The notes beneath the pieces were generated by a model. That model was given only the letters and a program-made list of their open reading frames with translations. It searched no databases and was not told where the DNA came from. The position numbers were made by a program, and so were the translations under genes. DNA of 64,000 bases. Source: a bacterium (GTDB lineage: Bacteria > RBG-13-61-14 > DATKZS01). The DNA lies in assembly GCA_963674965.2 (NCBI GenBank), contig CAXXFL010000002.1, forward strand, positions 224,001 through 288,000, read 5' to 3'. This document shows, piece by piece, positions 42,924 through 51,080 of the stretch (positions are counted from its first letter, which is position 1; every line of letters begins with the position of its first letter).

Positions 42924-43913
42924 TTAATTGTCATACTTCTTTTGTAACTTGTCGAGAATTTCCTCTTTGGTAAATCTTGATATATTTTCTGCGGAAAAAA
43001 TGATCTCCGTTGAGCCACTTATTACGTCCACTGGCTTTTCCCATGGTTTATGGAAGTCTTCTGAATTTTTAATAAACTTGAATAAACAAGTGGTCGGATC
43101 TTCACCATTCAATATCTTCAAGTAAGAAAGAACGTTATTTATAGACATTGAAATCAAAACAAGCCCGTTGACAAGATTTTCAGGAACCCAATTGATAGAC
43201 TTTCTGACTACACGGAAGTGAGGGTGGCTTCTCGAACAAGGGGCTCCATCAATATCCTTGACTGTTAAAAATGATGATCCGAACTCACTTCTGCCTACTA
43301 TATGCATTTTTTCAGGAGGGGCCTGAACTCCCGGTGTACTTTCCAATCCCACCGCAAATCCAAAACCTCCTGGAGATGCCCTGAAACCATGCTTGATGCT
43401 GTTATACTCACTTACCTGCATCTCATCTATAAAATCTCCACAGAATCTCGACCAAAGATCGCTAAACGACCTTGCCGTTTCTTCTTCATCTTTTGCTTTG
43501 CCCTTCAGGTAGGCATGAATCCTCTTTGATACTTCGTACCAAGAGATATATTTCATTCCTAGCATGTTAAAAATGTCTCTACTTCCACCTTCGATTTTTT
43601 CAACCAAGTTCCTCACTTGGTGAGGACGGCTTTTTAATATCCAGCCGTAGACGCAGTTAGGCGCTTGTATTGTTGAGCACAGCAGACTGAATAGAGTCTC
43701 GAGACCATGATAGTAGGCCGTTTTGAGAGCCATTGATGCAAGCAACTTGTCATCGCCCTCAATGTGTTCAATATGGGCTTGGGCGAGGTATTTAAAATAA
43801 TTGGGGTTTACCGAGTTAATGAATTCCATATTGTTTTCATGAAGGTCCAAATCCCATACACAATAAGGAGTCGAGTCGACTTTAAACATGACGCATTGAA
43901 GCTGAAGGGTCAT
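42924..43913 (-). CDS. Low-GC hypothetical protein with HEPN-like motif
   Basis: 329-aa ORF with RBS AAGGAGG; AT-rich relative to flanks; EYNSIKHG motif. Confidence 0.75.
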   Translation of the reverse strand: MTLQLQCVMFKVDSTPYCVWDLDLHENNMEFINSVNPNYFKYLAQAHIEHIEGDDKLLASMALKTAYYHGLETLFSLLCSTIQAPNCVYGWILKSRPHQVRNLVEKIEGGSRDIFNMLGMKYISWYEVSKRIHAYLKGKAKDEEETARSFSDLWSRFCGDFIDEMQVSEYNSIKHGFRASPGGFGFAVGLESTPGVQAPPEKMHIVGRSEFGSSFLTVKDIDGAPCSRSHPHFRVVRKSINWVPENLVNGLVLISMSINNVLSYLKILNGEDPTTCLFKFIKNSEDFHKPWEKPVDVISGSTEIIFSAENISRFTKEEILDKLQKKYDN

Positions 43914-43983
43914 AAGGGCCTCCTTAACGGGTTAAATAAATTTCACGAGGTCTCTAATCATAATAAGGTATGTAAGGTTTTAC

Positions 43984-44203
43984 TCATAACGGGTAACCCA
44001 TAGCTCATCTATGTGGGCGACCGAAGGGAGCAGGTCGGCGCGTATAACTTTAATACCCAACCCGCGACTTTATATTTTCCAAGCATCACCGCGGGTGATG
44101 CGGCGCCCCCATTCTTGGTACCACTCGACCTGCTCGCTATGCTCGCCCACATAGCAAAAGCTATGTGGGTTACCGGCCGGGCCATACTTTATGTCGTTTA
44201 GGC
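43984..44203. repeat. Long imperfect inverted repeat, attC-like
   Basis: ~45-bp arms at about 43992-44037 and 44126-44174; on the minus strand bounded by GCCTAAAC and GTTATGA. Confidence 0.5.
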
Positions 44204-44292
44204 TTATCTTTCCGTCTGGGTCCTCCACCAGTTTTTGTCGTGCTTGACGTAAAGCTCGAGGAAGACCTTTTGTCCCCAGAAGTTCTCCAGGA
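44204..44292 (-). pseudogene. era: 3' remnant of an Era-like GTPase gene (KH-domain end)
   Basis: LENFWGQKVFLELYVKHDKNW resembles the Era C-terminal pattern xExxxGxKVxLELxVKVxxxW; no 5' part present. Confidence 0.55.
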
Positions 44293-44300
44293 TCTGGGCA

Positions 44301-44499
44301 GGATCTGGGGACAGCATACTTATCTCGCTCATATTGCAGGGCAGAGAGGCGTTTATGAATATTCCATCAATATCCACTGTAAGAGAACGCAGATGATTTA
44401 CAATAATTTGGTATACTGCCACCATATCTTCAAAAAATATTTCCGATGGGGGCTTACGCCCCCATCAAATGGTAAAAGGGATAAAGAACTAAAGTGTAA
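44301..44499. repeat. Conserved 3' flank module of lectin gene A
   Basis: Colinear with 46287-46485; about 10 mismatches in 200 nt by manual alignment. Confidence 0.9.
44445..44466 (-). other. GC-rich hairpin/cruciform downstream of variable region A (candidate DGR target-recognition element)
   Basis: GATGGGGGC-GTAA-GCCCCCATC, perfect 9-bp stem, 33 nt after the stop codon. Confidence 0.7.
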
Positions 44500-45819
44500 T
44501 CAGTCCCCGGCGCAACGGAACCCCCTGGAGTTGAACTGGAGAGAAGGCACATAGCCGTTCCGGCCTGCTACGCGCAGGTGGTTCGTAGGGAAGTCCCAAC
44601 TACCGCCGCGCACAACGCGATGCGTACCTGACGGAGGACCGGGAGGATCGTTGGTCGGACTTGAGCTGTAATACGTTGATGAATACCAATCATTGACCCA
44701 TTCCCGAACGTTGCCCGCCATGTCGTAAAGCCCGTAGCCGTTGCCCCCGTAATACGCAACAGTCGAAGTATCGTTGTCCCAGGGATCGCCCGAGTCCAAG
44801 TAATTGGCGTCCGTCCCGCTGATGCTGTCGCCCCAGGGATAGCGTTTGCCGGTAAGGCCGCCTCTGGCCGCATACTCCCATTCCGCTTCGGTCGGAAGCC
44901 TCTTGCCCGCCCAAGTACAGTAGGCCGTGGCCTGGTCCCAACTGACGTAGATTACCGGGAAGTGGTTATAGTCCGGGTTGCCGTAGTAAGAGGGGCGGGT
45001 ATAGCTCGAAGAATTACCCGGCGGGGTGCATCCCCCGCAGCTCACGCAGGTTGCGTACTGCTCGTTGTTCACCTCCCAGATGTCCATGTAGAAGTCCGAG
45101 GTGATGCAGACGTTATGGACCGGGCATTCAAAGGGATATCCGCAGGAATCGCTTGAGTCTCCCATGTTGAAGCAGCCCGCGGGGATAAATGCCATTTGTG
45201 ATACAATTCCACAACTCAATTCCTGGTAGTCAGTTTTGCCATTACAATTATTGTCGATTCCGTCCCAGCATTCTTCGTTTGCTTCGGTTGCGCCTGGATT
45301 GATTGATGCATTTCCATCATGACAGTCATTGCCTCCAACAAGAGTGGATTTGTATCCATCGCCATCTTGATCTGGGTTAGAAAAGGCTATTGAATAGATG
45401 CTGTCCATATCAACACTCAGCGCATACGGCACGCTCGCAATCCTCGCCCTCGGCGTCATCTCCGCGTCCGCGTCAACCTTTACCCCCATCCAGACTTCCT
45501 TGTGCTTCTGGAACACCGCGGCCAGGCTGCTCTCCGTGCCCGGCGTGATCGTGCCCGAACCGATGAGCAGGTTATAAATCCCGCCCGTGACCACCACGTC
45601 CTCCTGTAACACCGTGAGGTACGGCGTCCCGCCCGACTCCACTCCATAGAACGCAAAGGTCAAGTCCACGGTAGTCCCGTCCGCAAGAGGCTGGCCCGCA
45701 GCGTTCGTGAGTCTCCCCTGATAGTTGATAAGCTGCGGAGCGGACTGCGCCCAGGCAATGCCCACCACCACGGCCAGTACTAAAACCCCAACCAAAGCCG
45801 TCCCGATCTTAGCCCTCAT
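44500..45819 (-). CDS. Secreted FGE-sulfatase/C-type-lectin fold protein A, putative DGR target
   Basis: Signal peptide, YQGRL N-domain, [18 protein letters not shown] motif, [29 protein letters not shown]...GFRC C-terminus. Confidence 0.9.
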   Translation of the reverse strand: MRAKIGTALVGVLVLAVVVGIAWAQSAPQLINYQGRLTNAAGQPLADGTTVDLTFAFYGVESGGTPYLTVLQEDVVVTGGIYNLLIGSGTITPGTESSLAAVFQKHKEVWMGVKVDADAEMTPRARIASVPYALSVDMDSIYSIAFSNPDQDGDGYKSTLVGGNDCHDGNASINPGATEANEECWDGIDNNCNGKTDYQELSCGIVSQMAFIPAGCFNMGDSSDSCGYPFECPVHNVCITSDFYMDIWEVNNEQYATCVSCGGCTPPGNSSSYTRPSYYGNPDYNHFPVIYVSWDQATAYCTWAGKRLPTEAEWEYAARGGLTGKRYPWGDSISGTDANYLDSGDPWDNDTSTVAYYGGNGYGLYDMAGNVREWVNDWYSSTYYSSSPTNDPPGPPSGTHRVVRGGSWDFPTNHLRVAGRNGYVPSLQFNSRGFRCAGD

Positions 45820-45919
45820 TACTTAATTCTCCCTCTTCGAAATTTGTCAGCAATTCATCCATACGTTACCACGCTGTAAAATACAATACCACCCCCCCCA
45901 TCTCGATCGTCAACAGCAA

Positions 45920-46271
45920 TATCCTTGCTCTCGGCGTCATCTCCGCGTCCGCGTCAACCTTCACGCCCATCCACACGTCCTGGTGGTTCTGGAAGACAGC
46001 GGAGAGGCTTGGCTCGGTACCGGGCGTTACCGTGCCCGAACCGATGAGCAGGTTATAAATCCCGCCCGTGACCACCACGTCCTCCTGTAGCACCGTGAGG
46101 TAAGAGGTCCCGCCCGACTCCACGCCATAGAACGCAAAGGTCAAATCAACGGTAGTCCCGTCCGCAAGAGGCTGGCCCGCCGCGTTCGTAAGCCGCCCCT
46201 GGTAATTGACAAGCTGCGGAGCGGACTGCGTCCAGGCAATCCCCACCACCACGGCCAGTACTAAAACCCCA
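45920..46271 (-). pseudogene. Truncated paralogue: N-terminal domain only of the lectin-protein family
   Basis: [13 protein letters not shown]...EMTPRARI nearly identical to both neighbours; lacks the start and the whole lectin domain. Confidence 0.85.
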
Positions 46272-46286
46272 AGGGATCTGGGGACG

Positions 46287-46485
46287 GGATCTGGGGACAG
46301 CATACTTATCTCGCTCATATTGCAGGGCAGAGAGGCGTTTATGAATATTCCATCAATATCCACAGTAAGAGAACGCAGATGATTTTCAATAATTTGGTAT
46401 ACTGTCATTATATCTTCAAAAAATATTTCCGGTGGGGGCTTACGCCCCCATCAAAGGGTAAAAGGGAAAAAGAATCAAAGTGTAA
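46287..46485. repeat. Conserved 3' flank module of lectin gene B
   Basis: About 95% identical to 44301-44499. Confidence 0.9.
46433..46450 (-). other. GC-rich hairpin/cruciform downstream of variable region B
   Basis: TGGGGGC-GTAA-GCCCCCA at the same offset from the stop as in copy A. Confidence 0.7.
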
Positions 46486-47787
46486 TCAGTCCCCAGCGCA
46501 ACGAAATCCAATGTCGTAGTACAGGTCCGAAGGGTCGAAGTAGTCCCGGTAGGCCACGCGCAAGCCGTCCGTACTGCCGCCCCAACCCCCGCCGCGAAAA
46601 ACGCGACACGTACCTGACGGAGGACCGGGAGGATCGTTGGTGGGACTTGAACTGTAATAAGATGATGAATACCTGTCGTTCGTCCATTCCCAGACGTTGC
46701 CCGCCATGTCGTAAAGCCCGTAGCCGTTGGCCGCGTAATACTCTACTTCAGAGGTGTCATTGTCCCAGGGATCGCCCGAATTCCAGTAATTGACGTCCGT
46801 CCCGCTGATTGTATCGCCCCAGGGATAGCGCTTGCCGGAAAGTCCTCCACGGGCCGCATACTCCCACTCAGCCTCCGTCGGCAGCCGCTTGCCCGCCCAT
46901 GCGCAATAGGCCGTGGCCTGGTTCCAGTTTACGTAGATCACCGGGAAATTGTCATAGGTCGGGTTGCCGTAATAAGAGCCCCGGGAATAACTTGAAGAAC
47001 TGTCCGGCGCGGCGCAGACAGCAGCGTCCACGCAGGCCTTGTACTCCGCGTTGGTAACCTCGTGAACGTCCATGTAGAAACTGGAGGTGATGCACACGTT
47101 GTGGACCGGAAGCTCTTCGCTGTAACCCTCGCCGAACGCGTCGCCCATGTTGAAACAACCGGCGGGGATGAGGGCCATGTTAGGCGGAGTTTTAGAGCAA
47201 TCCTCATCATAACGTCCATCACAATCATTATCCAGGCCATCACACTTATCAACGGCCCCAGGATAAATTGAGGCATTATTGTCATTGCAATCGTCATTGG
47301 GAGTGATTGAGCTTTCCGGCTTGTAATGTCCGTCGCCGTCGAGGTCGAGGTTGGCTAAGTTAACGGTTTCGGCTGTTTCCGCCTTTATTGCATATGGGGC
47401 CGAGCTAATCCTGGCCCGCGGCGTCATCTCCGCGTCCGCGTCCACCTTCACCCCCATCCACACCTCCGCGTGTTTCTGGAACACCGCGGCCAAGCTGGTC
47501 TCCGTGCCCGGAGTGATCGTGCCCGAGCCGATGAGCAGGTTATAAATCCCGCCGGTGACCACCACGTCCTCCTGGAGCACGGTGAGGTACGGCGTCCCGC
47601 CCGAGGCCGCGCCATAGAAGGCGAACGACAAATCAACCGTGCTCCCGTCCGCCAGCGGCTGGCCCGCGCCGTCAGTAAGCCGTCCTTGATAATTCACCAA
47701 CTGCGGGACCGACTGCGCCCAGGCAATGCCAACCACCACGGCCATAACCAAAACCCCAACCAACGCCATCCCGATCTTAGCCCTCAT
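46486..47787 (-). CDS. Secreted FGE-sulfatase/C-type-lectin fold protein B, putative DGR target
   Basis: Same architecture as 44500-45819; C-terminus RGGGWGGSTDGLRVAYRDYFDPSDLYYDIGFRC. Confidence 0.9.
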   Translation of the reverse strand: MRAKIGMALVGVLVMAVVVGIAWAQSVPQLVNYQGRLTDGAGQPLADGSTVDLSFAFYGAASGGTPYLTVLQEDVVVTGGIYNLLIGSGTITPGTETSLAAVFQKHAEVWMGVKVDADAEMTPRARISSAPYAIKAETAETVNLANLDLDGDGHYKPESSITPNDDCNDNNASIYPGAVDKCDGLDNDCDGRYDEDCSKTPPNMALIPAGCFNMGDAFGEGYSEELPVHNVCITSSFYMDVHEVTNAEYKACVDAAVCAAPDSSSSYSRGSYYGNPTYDNFPVIYVNWNQATAYCAWAGKRLPTEAEWEYAARGGLSGKRYPWGDTISGTDVNYWNSGDPWDNDTSEVEYYAANGYGLYDMAGNVWEWTNDRYSSSYYSSSPTNDPPGPPSGTCRVFRGGGWGGSTDGLRVAYRDYFDPSDLYYDIGFRCAGD

Positions 47788-47843
47788 GACTTAATTTCCC
47801 TTCCTCGAGATTTGTAGACAATTCATATGTTACCATGCTGTAA

Positions 47844-47872
47844 ATTACAATACTACCCCCCCCCGATGTCAA
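47844..47872 (-). promoter_or_regulatory. Sigma70 promoter with poly-G9 spacer
   Basis: Minus strand TTGACA-TC-GGGGGGGGG-TAGTAT-TGTAAT; 17-nt spacer. Confidence 0.7.
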
Positions 47873-48016
47873 ACTCCGATTAATAAAATGTTTTTTTCAC
47901 TAGTCACTCTAAGGAGATGTTTTGGAGAACAACCTGATAAAAGCCGGGGAGCGGATTTTAACTCCGCGCATGGAACGCCAATCGCCCCCCTTCGAAAAGA
48001 GTCCCGCAAGACCCCC

Positions 48017-48655
48017 TTATCTTCTCCATCCTCCCCCGGGCCAGGCCTTGAGGTAGTCGTTTTGGCCCGTGATCTCGGAGACCGTGTAGTCCACCACCTT
48101 GTCCCAGTTGTCCTCGCGCTGTTTGAGCACGCTCTTCATTTGAGCCAGTTTCTTCTCGAGCTTCTCGATCCTCTCCTCATGCTGCTTCTGCTGGATTTTC
48201 AGTTCCTTGTCCACCAGGGGCCTAAGTTCCTTCTCTATCTTGGCCTTTTTGGCCTTGTCGTCGGTGGCCTTGTACTCCTCGGACAGCTTCTTGATTTTCA
48301 TGAGGTCCTCGTAGCGGGCGGGGTCTTCGCGCTTGATCTTCTCGAGGACCATCCGTCCGCCGCGTCCCCTGCCGCGCCCCATGCCGGCCGCCGGGCCCGT
48401 GCCCTCACCCGCGCCGGAGCCGTCGCGCAGTCTCATGCCCTGGCCCATTGCCTGTCCCATGCCTCGCCTTCCATTGCCATTTCCCGCGCCCTGGCCCATT
48501 CCCTGCCCGTAAGGAGGGCCGTCCTCATCGCCCAGTGACGGCATCCACTCGAGATCGTCGCCGGCGGATTTCTGGGCGTCGAGCTTTAACATGCCCGCGC
48601 TAAAGACAAGGCCTATGGCCAGGGCCGCGATAGTCAGTAAAACCAGTTTCTTCAT
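48017..48655 (-). CDS. Periplasmic Gly-rich/coiled-coil protein (Spy/CpxP-like)
   Basis: Signal peptide, Gly/Met-rich linker, charged helices; third gene of the ECF operon. Confidence 0.7.
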   Translation of the reverse strand: MKKLVLLTIAALAIGLVFSAGMLKLDAQKSAGDDLEWMPSLGDEDGPPYGQGMGQGAGNGNGRRGMGQAMGQGMRLRDGSGAGEGTGPAAGMGRGRGRGGRMVLEKIKREDPARYEDLMKIKKLSEEYKATDDKAKKAKIEKELRPLVDKELKIQQKQHEERIEKLEKKLAQMKSVLKQREDNWDKVVDYTVSEITGQNDYLKAWPGGGWRR

Positions 48656-48711
48656 TTTATTCCTCCCTTTGATTGTTTTTCAGGGACGCGGCCGGCGGGG
48701 ACCGCGCCGGG

Positions 48712-49362
48712 TTATTCCAGGTACCAGTCTAGGGACATGTCGTCCAAGTCCGCGTCATCCTCCGCGAGGCCCATGTCGTACTCCAGATCGATCATGGCCA
48801 GCTCTATCTCATCGATGCCCGAATCGAGCGAGAACTCCTCTTCAACGTAAACTTCCTCCGTCTCGCCGCGGCCGTACTCCTCGTTTACGGCCCTCTCCAC
48901 GTCGGCCAGGGTCTTGGAAACCAGGCCAGCGTCCAGGTAGGTCGGGACGGCCGAGGCGGCGAGTCCTCTCCGGCTCTCTCCCTTATAGGACGCGGTGTAA
49001 AGTCCGATAAAAAAGATCACCACGATCGCCGCCGCCGCGGGGGACAAGCGAAGCACGGGGGACTCGCCGAAGAAATCTCTTAGCCGCTCGCCAAACGATT
49101 CCAGGCGCGAGGTCTTGCCCTTTTCCATCGTCCGCCTCGCCTCCACCTGGAGGGAGAGCGCCAAGCCTCCGTCGGGATAATACATTCCCGCCTGGCCGGC
49201 CAAAAGGTGAAGCTCTTTTACGCCCTCGATATAAGCGCGGCATTGGGGGCAGGTCTTCACGTGCTCGAGAATCTCCGCGTCTTCCCTCTCCCCATAGGCG
49301 ATAAGCAAGAGGTCGTCGTTGGAGACTTTTTCACATCCCGTTTCCATGTCCGATTCCTTCAT
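48712..49362 (-). CDS. Zinc-finger anti-sigma factor
   Basis: HVKTCPQC (HxxxCxxC) plus one TM helix; overlaps the sigma gene. Confidence 0.85.
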   Translation of the reverse strand: MKESDMETGCEKVSNDDLLLIAYGEREDAEILEHVKTCPQCRAYIEGVKELHLLAGQAGMYYPDGGLALSLQVEARRTMEKGKTSRLESFGERLRDFFGESPVLRLSPAAAAIVVIFFIGLYTASYKGESRRGLAASAVPTYLDAGLVSKTLADVERAVNEEYGRGETEEVYVEEEFSLDSGIDEIELAMIDLEYDMGLAEDDADLDDMSLDWYLE

Positions 49363-49937
49363 GCTTCCTCCCCGGCCAACGCCTCGAGGCTCACCCGCAT
49401 CTTCTTCACGGCCAGGTGCATTCTGCCCAGGACCGTGTTGAGCTTCTGGCCCGTGGCCTCGGCGATCTCCTTGAAGCTCATCCCGCCATATTCCCGCATG
49501 ACGAAAACCTCGCGCTGGTCGGGCGGAAGACCGGATATGGCCTCGTCAACCGCTCTTCTCACCTCGGCCAGGTAGGATTCCCTCTCCGGGGTCGAGTTGG
49601 AGACCGGTTCGAGGAAAGTCCCGCCCCCCTGGATGGGGCTTCGTGCGCGGCTCCGGAGATGGTCGCGGCAAAGGTTCGCGGCAATGGCGTAAATCCAGGT
49701 GGAAAATTTCCCGTCCGGATCGAAATTATCTTTATGTTTCAATACTCTCATAAAGGTTTCCTGAAAAATGTCCCGGGCTTTTTCCCTTTGGCCGACCATC
49801 CTCATCGCGACCGTGAACAAGGGTCCTTCATATCTTTTAACCAGCTTGTCAAACCCGTTTTCATCGCCATCCATGAACTTCTGGAACAACTCCTCGTCGG
49901 ACAAGCGGTCATATTTTTCCATCGACTCCGGCATCAA
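49359..49937 (-). CDS. ECF RNA polymerase sigma factor
   Basis: DIFQETF, FSTWIYAIAANLCRDHLR and SFKEIAE...NTV region 4. Confidence 0.93.
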   Translation of the reverse strand: MMPESMEKYDRLSDEELFQKFMDGDENGFDKLVKRYEGPLFTVAMRMVGQREKARDIFQETFMRVLKHKDNFDPDGKFSTWIYAIAANLCRDHLRSRARSPIQGGGTFLEPVSNSTPERESYLAEVRRAVDEAISGLPPDQREVFVMREYGGMSFKEIAEATGQKLNTVLGRMHLAVKKMRVSLEALAGEEA

Positions 49938-50282
49938 CTATCCGTTTATCACGTAATCGGCTTATTTGTAAAGTTAATACGACAAGCAATGGAAATTATT
50001 GTCCATGACCTGGATAATTTCCGAAATCTTGTATCCTTGGCCTGGGAAGGGCGGCAATTCTTCGTTTAAACCATTGTAATTAAATATCTATTTTCAATCG
50101 GCCCTTCGCCGCGCGGATTTTTCAAACTTTACCGATGAAAATGATGAGGATTGAAAGTATTATAAATGTCCAGTGACTTGGCAGTTCGTCTCGTTTCCAG
50201 ACATTTAACTTAACTTGACTGGCAAAGCGAACGATTTATAATAACTCCTGTAGGAAAACTTAAAGGATTGTCTTGTCTCGAG

Positions 50283-51056
50283 ATGGAAGAAGATACCAGA
50301 GTAAAAAACGATTTTGAAAAGACCGAGCCCATCCCGCCGAACCTTCACGTTCAATTATCGGTAATTTCGGGACCGGACATGGGCACGGCTCAAAAGCTTT
50401 GGAAAAGTCACAGCGTTCTCGGGCGGGGCAAGTGCGATATCCGCTTCAGCGACAACTCGGCCTCCAAGGAACATTGCAGCATAGATTTCGAGGAAGGCCG
50501 GTTCGTTCTTCGCGACATGGGCAGCACCAACGGTACCATGCTTAACGGCGGCCAGGTTTGGGAGGCCGATCTTGGCAACCTGGACGAGATAACCATCGGC
50601 GACACGGTCATCCAGTTTTCCATCTTGGAGGAGGAGGCGATAAGCGCCGAGGAACTGGATATCGTGGTGGTCGAGGCGGACCCGGCGTCCCAGACCACTC
50701 GCCCCCAAAAGGCCCGGATAGCCAAGGACCCCAACCAGGGTCCCCTTTTCCCGGGCGTTGACGCCTCTCTCAAGGTGGTCATGGGGGAGGACGCGGGCAA
50801 GGAAATGAAGCTGTTCAACAAGGTCACCTCGATCGGACGCTCCGGCTCCGACCTGGTCATTTCGGACCCCGAGTCTTCCCGAAAGCACGCCACCATCGAG
50901 TTCCTGGCCAAGGACAAGGTAATCGTCAAGGATTTGAATTCCGTAAACGGGACATATCTGAACCGGAAACCCGTCTCCGTGGCGACGATCAAAAATGGGG
51001 ACGCCCTGCAAATAGGGAGCACGGTCATCAACTTTTTCGTTCGTTTCGGCGCCTGA
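50283..51056 (+). CDS. Double FHA-domain protein
   Basis: Two GR...SxxH...D.(G/N)S.NGT motifs. Confidence 0.9.
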   Translation: MEEDTRVKNDFEKTEPIPPNLHVQLSVISGPDMGTAQKLWKSHSVLGRGKCDIRFSDNSASKEHCSIDFEEGRFVLRDMGSTNGTMLNGGQVWEADLGNLDEITIGDTVIQFSILEEEAISAEELDIVVVEADPASQTTRPQKARIAKDPNQGPLFPGVDASLKVVMGEDAGKEMKLFNKVTSIGRSGSDLVISDPESSRKHATIEFLAKDKVIVKDLNSVNGTYLNRKPVSVATIKNGDALQIGSTVINFFVRFGA

Positions 51057-51080
51057 GCCTTTTCAGGGCTTGGAGAATCC

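Noticed and set aside
45866-46408. 180-aa ORF as a functional gene
   Set aside because: It is a read-through chimera of the non-coding 3' module, the truncated N-domain and the next gene's promoter region; the same holds for ORF 44204-44425.
44500-47787. Genuine formylglycine-generating (sulfatase-modifying) enzymes
   Set aside because: The catalytic Cys pair after RGGS is absent, that segment is the hypervariable part, and no sulfatase is adjacent.
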